This document shows, in pieces, positions 23,001-26,480 of a DNA stretch of 26,480 bases. The notes below the pieces were generated by a model. The model did not search any database. It was not told where the DNA came from and saw only the letters and a list, made by a program, of their open reading frames with translations. A program made the translations under genes and the position numbers. The DNA is from a virus (Duplodnaviria; Caudoviricetes), in IMG/VR virus record IMGVR_UViG_3300024986_000008, positions 1 through 26,480 of that record; one strand, written 5' to 3'. Position 1 is the stretch's first letter; every line of letters begins with the position of its first letter.

Positions 23001-23323
23001 ACGCGCAGGAGATCCTCGACCGGGCGCGCCTCCCGCTGAACGACGCGGAGAAAGAGCGCTACCTCGACGAGGACGGCCTGCTGTATCTGCGCGAGGGCGT
23101 GAGAACGATCCGACGTCTGCGCCCGGACTGCTTCGTCGGTCGTCTCGGCTCGGATCCGGCGGCCGACATCGTTCTGAACCCGCCGAGCGAGGTGCAGATC
23201 GAGTTCGAGCACTACCAGGCGCTCTCCGATTACGTCAGCGCCCGCTGGCAGGACAGGGACGACGATCTCACCGGCGAGAAGGCTGCGGCCTGGCTCACGA
23301 TGGCGGTGGGCGCGCTGACGTGA
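22997..23323 (+). CDS. Putative head-tail adaptor-like protein (108 aa)
   Basis: EILDRAR..LND....RY....LL.YL.EG...I...RPD pattern, plus position after the head genes. Confidence 0.6.
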   Translation: MNAQEILDRARLPLNDAEKERYLDEDGLLYLREGVRTIRRLRPDCFVGRLGSDPAADIVLNPPSEVQIEFEHYQALSDYVSARWQDRDDDLTGEKAAAWLTMAVGALT

Positions 23324-23329
23324 TGCGCC

Positions 23330-23956
23330 ATGAAGCCCTGGGATGATGCCCGCGACCTGATCCTGCCCGATGTGCCGGGCTGTCCGTGGGGGATGGCGAG
23401 GTCACGCCTGATCCTGGCCGCACGTGAGTTCTTCTCCCGGTCCGGCACCTGGTCGGCGACGCTGGACCCGATCCCGTCACAGGCCGGCGTCGCCGAATAC
23501 CCGGAGATCGTTCCGACGGCGAACATGGAGATCGTTCGCGTCCGTCACTGCTACTACGGCACCCAGGAGATCGATCCCCTGGTCCCGGACGAGTTCTTCG
23601 ATCGGCAGATGGAATCCCCGGGGAGCGGTGTCCCCGAGTACATGACGGTGGATGCCGACGTGCTGATCCTGTCCGGGGCGCCCAGCGAATCCGATGTCCC
23701 GATCGTGGTCGACGCCACCTTCAAACCGTCTCTGGCGAACGAAGGGCTGCCGGATGACCTCTGGGACCAACACATCGAGGCGATCGTCGAGGGCGCCAAG
23801 GCGAGGCTGTACAAGTCGCCGAAGAAGCCCTATGCCGACCTCAGCTTGTCGGCCGAGGCGCGCGACACCTTCGTGCGTGCGATGGGTGTCGCACGGGCTC
23901 GAGCATCGTCGGGCTCGACCAAAGTGAAGCGCCGCGTGCGGGCGCACTTCTTCTGA
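23330..23956 (+). CDS. Putative podovirus adaptor protein (208 aa)
   Basis: ILPDVPGCP......L..AAREFF.RS..W and AIVEGA.ARL...P.KPY.D motifs, plus position. Confidence 0.65.
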   Translation: MKPWDDARDLILPDVPGCPWGMARSRLILAAREFFSRSGTWSATLDPIPSQAGVAEYPEIVPTANMEIVRVRHCYYGTQEIDPLVPDEFFDRQMESPGSGVPEYMTVDADVLILSGAPSESDVPIVVDATFKPSLANEGLPDDLWDQHIEAIVEGAKARLYKSPKKPYADLSLSAEARDTFVRAMGVARARASSGSTKVKRRVRAHFF

Positions 23957-25584
23957 TGCGGATCCGACTGCCGGCCTTCAACGGCATCGCGCCGCGGAAG
24001 TCGCCTCTGGACTTGCCCGATACCTGGGCCCAGGTCGCACAGCATGTTCGGCTCTGGAACGAGAAGCTGCGGCCATGGCGCGCTCCGATCAAGGTGGCCG
24101 ATCTGCTGCGCGTCGGCGCGAAGCAGACGATCTACCGGTTCGGCCAGGACAGTGCCACGGACGCGCAGTACTGGTTCCACTGGCTGACGGATGTGGACGT
24201 GGTGCGCTCGCCGGTCGCCGGCAACGAGCGCACCTTTTTCTCGGGCGACGGGGCGCCGAAAGTCACGGACAGCGTTTTGGCGCTCACCGGGGGGGGTGCG
24301 CTTCCGAACGCGGCCTATGATCTAGGCGTTCCGTCGCCCGCCACGGCGCCGACGGTGGCGGTGTCGGGAACCCCGTCCAGCGGCGAGCAGCCGGTGACGC
24401 GGTTCTACGTCTACACCTTCGTCAACGCCTGGGGCGAAGAGGGCTCGCATTCCCCGGTTTCGCTGGCGGTGGATGCCACCGGGTCACAGACCATCACCTT
24501 GTCCGGCCTCGAGGTGCCGGGCGGACCGCAGTCGTACGCGGCGAAATACATCTACGAGACCAACGGCAGCGGGGCCTCGGCGGCTTTCTACATGGTGCAG
24601 GAGGTCGCCGCCGGAACAACCTCCGTGAGCTTCACCGCTGCGGTGGCGGCGGTGCCGAATCCGGACGGAACGCGTGCCGTCGGCTCCCCCTTGGTGACCG
24701 CCGGCTGGACGCCGCCGCCCGCTGATCTCGTCGGGCTCACCATGATGAACGGCACCACGCTTTGCGGCATCTCGGGCAAGGCGGTGCGCATGGCGGTGCC
24801 GAACTATCCGTATGCCTGGCCGGAGCGGAACGAATTCCGCTTCGAGTTCGATCCGGTGGCGATCGCGTCGTTCGGCAACACGCTGGTGGTCGGCACCACC
24901 GGCCGGCCGTACCTGATCCAGGGCTTCGAGCCGGAGACGATGCAACAGACGCTGATCGAGCGCGAATACGCCTGCGCCTCGAAGCGCTCGATGGTCTCGA
25001 TCGGCGGCGGCGTCGCCTATGCATCGCCCGACGGCATGATCGTGGTCGACCAGAGCGGCGCGGTGAACATCACCGATGATTTCTTCGATCGCGATCAGTG
25101 GCAGGCGCTCAGGCCGCAGTCCATGCATGCCTACTGGTGGGACAACCGGCTCGTCGTCTTCTACGACAACGGGACGAAGCATGGTGGGCTGATCTTCCCG
25201 CCGGGACGCGAGCCCAGCGAGCTCGGCTTCTACTCGCCCGGCGCCTATGTCGATCCGATCCGGGACGCGCTGTACCTGATCGTGGGCGACGAGGTGCATC
25301 GCTTCGACGGCGGGGCGCCGCTCACCTTCACCTGGCGCTCGAAGATCTTCAGCACCCCGCGGGCGCTGAACTTCTCCTGCGCCAGGATCCGCGCCAGCGG
25401 CGCCATCACCGTGAAGTTCTATGCCGACGCGGTGTTGAGGTGCACGCGGGCGGTGACCTCGAACCGGCCGTTTCGCCTTCCCAGCGGTTTTCTCTCCGAC
25501 GAGTGGGAGATCGAATTCACCGGCACCGGAGAGGTGCTCTCGGCCGAGATCGCCGAGAGCATGCACGAACTCAAGGGTGTGTGA
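23956..25584 (+). CDS. Putative tail nozzle/stabilisation protein (542 aa)
   Basis: F.GIAP..SP..LP...AQ.A N-terminus, YVYTFVNAWGEEG..SP, PYAWP, C.SKRS.V, YASPDG, WRSK.F, PFRLP.GF....WEIE. Confidence 0.7.
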   Translation: MRIRLPAFNGIAPRKSPLDLPDTWAQVAQHVRLWNEKLRPWRAPIKVADLLRVGAKQTIYRFGQDSATDAQYWFHWLTDVDVVRSPVAGNERTFFSGDGAPKVTDSVLALTGGGALPNAAYDLGVPSPATAPTVAVSGTPSSGEQPVTRFYVYTFVNAWGEEGSHSPVSLAVDATGSQTITLSGLEVPGGPQSYAAKYIYETNGSGASAAFYMVQEVAAGTTSVSFTAAVAAVPNPDGTRAVGSPLVTAGWTPPPADLVGLTMMNGTTLCGISGKAVRMAVPNYPYAWPERNEFRFEFDPVAIASFGNTLVVGTTGRPYLIQGFEPETMQQTLIEREYACASKRSMVSIGGGVAYASPDGMIVVDQSGAVNITDDFFDRDQWQALRPQSMHAYWWDNRLVVFYDNGTKHGGLIFPPGREPSELGFYSPGAYVDPIRDALYLIVGDEVHRFDGGAPLTFTWRSKIFSTPRALNFSCARIRASGAITVKFYADAVLRCTRAVTSNRPFRLPSGFLSDEWEIEFTGTGEVLSAEIAESMHELKGV

Positions 25585-26480
25585 TGCCAGCGTTGCCGGC
25601 CCTGGCCACGCAAGTCCGTGGACTTGATCTTCCGGATCGCCTGATCCGCGCCGTCGAGGAGTTGCAGCAGTTCCTTCGGGTGCGCGGCGGCCTGCTGCCG
25701 AACGACAAGCTCGACGCCTACATCAGCCGGCGCGATCTCATCGAGTGGGGTTTCGCCACCACCGACACCACCGCGGTTCCGGTGACCGGCGGTGGAATTG
25801 CTCCCGTCCCCGGGGGAGGAGGCGACGGCGAGCCCGACTACACGCCACCGCCAACCCCGTCCGGCGTGACGGCGATCGGTGGCTACACGTCGATCTTCGT
25901 TTCCTGGGCGGCCGCCATGGATCGGCGCATCGGCTACTTCGAGGTCTGGCGCGCCGCGGTCGATGACGTCGGCGTGGCCGTGAAGATCGGCCAGGCGACA
26001 TCGTTCCAGTATGTCGACGAGGTCCAGAACAGCGATTCGTTCTTCTATTGGGTGCGTGCCGTCAACGCCTGGAACGACGAGGTGGTCAGCCCCTTCAACG
26101 CGGTTGCCGGCACGCCGGCACAGACGGCGCCGAACGCGAGCTACGCCCTCGAGGTGCTGACCGGCACGCTGGGCGAGCAGCCGTTCTTCGAGATCACGGA
26201 ACCGACGACGATCGGGGGCGTGGAGTTCCAGCCCGGCGTGTACATGAAGAGCCTCGTCGCGAAGAAGGCGATCGCCGAGGTATTCGTCGCCGGCCTGGCG
26301 GTGATCGATGACGCGTCGATCGTGAGCGTCAAGGCGAGCAAGATCCTCGCGGACAAGCTCGGCGTCGGCCAGTACATCGCCTCGCAGAACTACGTGGCGG
26401 GATCGACCGGCTGGCGGATCAACGCCGACGGTACAGCCGAATTTTCTGGCGTCGTCGTGCGCGGCACGATCTACGCGTCA
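25584..26480 (+). CDS. Tail fibre/host-specificity protein with FN3-like domain (3'-truncated)
   Basis: TGATG-coupled ATG, open to the window end (absent from the track). D.TPPPTP.GV.A.GG...I.V.W, EVWRA, YWVRAVN (FN3-like) and NYVAGSTGWRINADGTAEFSGVVVRGTI (lambda-J-like segment). Confidence 0.8.
   Translation, partial: MPALPALATQVRGLDLPDRLIRAVEELQQFLRVRGGLLPNDKLDAYISRRDLIEWGFATTDTTAVPVTGGGIAPVPGGGGDGEPDYTPPPTPSGVTAIGGYTSIFVSWAAAMDRRIGYFEVWRAAVDDVGVAVKIGQATSFQYVDEVQNSDSFFYWVRAVNAWNDEVVSPFNAVAGTPAQTAPNASYALEVLTGTLGEQPFFEITEPTTIGGVEFQPGVYMKSLVAKKAIAEVFVAGLAVIDDASIVSVKASKILADKLGVGQYIASQNYVAGSTGWRINADGTAEFSGVVVRGTIYAS

Larger units (their letters stand above)
1..26480 (+). mobile_element. Tailed dsDNA phage/prophage segment (podovirus-like morphogenesis genes); both ends lie outside the window
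   Basis: Co-directional terminase, portal, scaffold, capsid, adaptor and fibre genes, plus a holin-endolysin-spanin cassette and nin-like genes. No host genes, att sites or integrase, so free phage and prophage cannot be distinguished. Confidence 0.97.

Overview
The whole 26.5-kb window is a GC-rich tailed phage or prophage segment, with every credible gene on the + strand and most joined by ATGA/TGATG overlaps. The host is probably a proteobacterium (two-component spanins imply a Gram-negative host). Gene order: (i) end of the replication/nin-like region (SF2 helicase-DNA methyltransferase fusion, Toprim primase, Gp49-family protein, RusA-like, NinB-like, DUF1364-like, small HTH); (ii) a 7.5-kb block of Ig-like/lectin/propeller/putative polysaccharide-lyase proteins in an unusual position; (iii) a full lysis cassette (holin, GH19 endolysin, micro-peptide, i-spanin with embedded o-spanin); (iv) TerS and a P22-type TerL split into two overlapping ORFs; (v) P22-like portal, scaffold, a CsrA-fold protein, N4-gp56-type major capsid protein, and podovirus-like adaptor/nozzle/fibre genes running off the right end. 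The best signals read directly from the DNA are a bipartite motif CCGAYCAAA-N8-CCTTCTGATATACGG ahead of both late gene blocks, and a csrA-like gene followed by GGA-loop hairpins covering the capsid ribosome-binding site. No integrase, tRNA, rRNA or CRISPR array was seen. All family assignments come from motif recognition by eye, not database searches.
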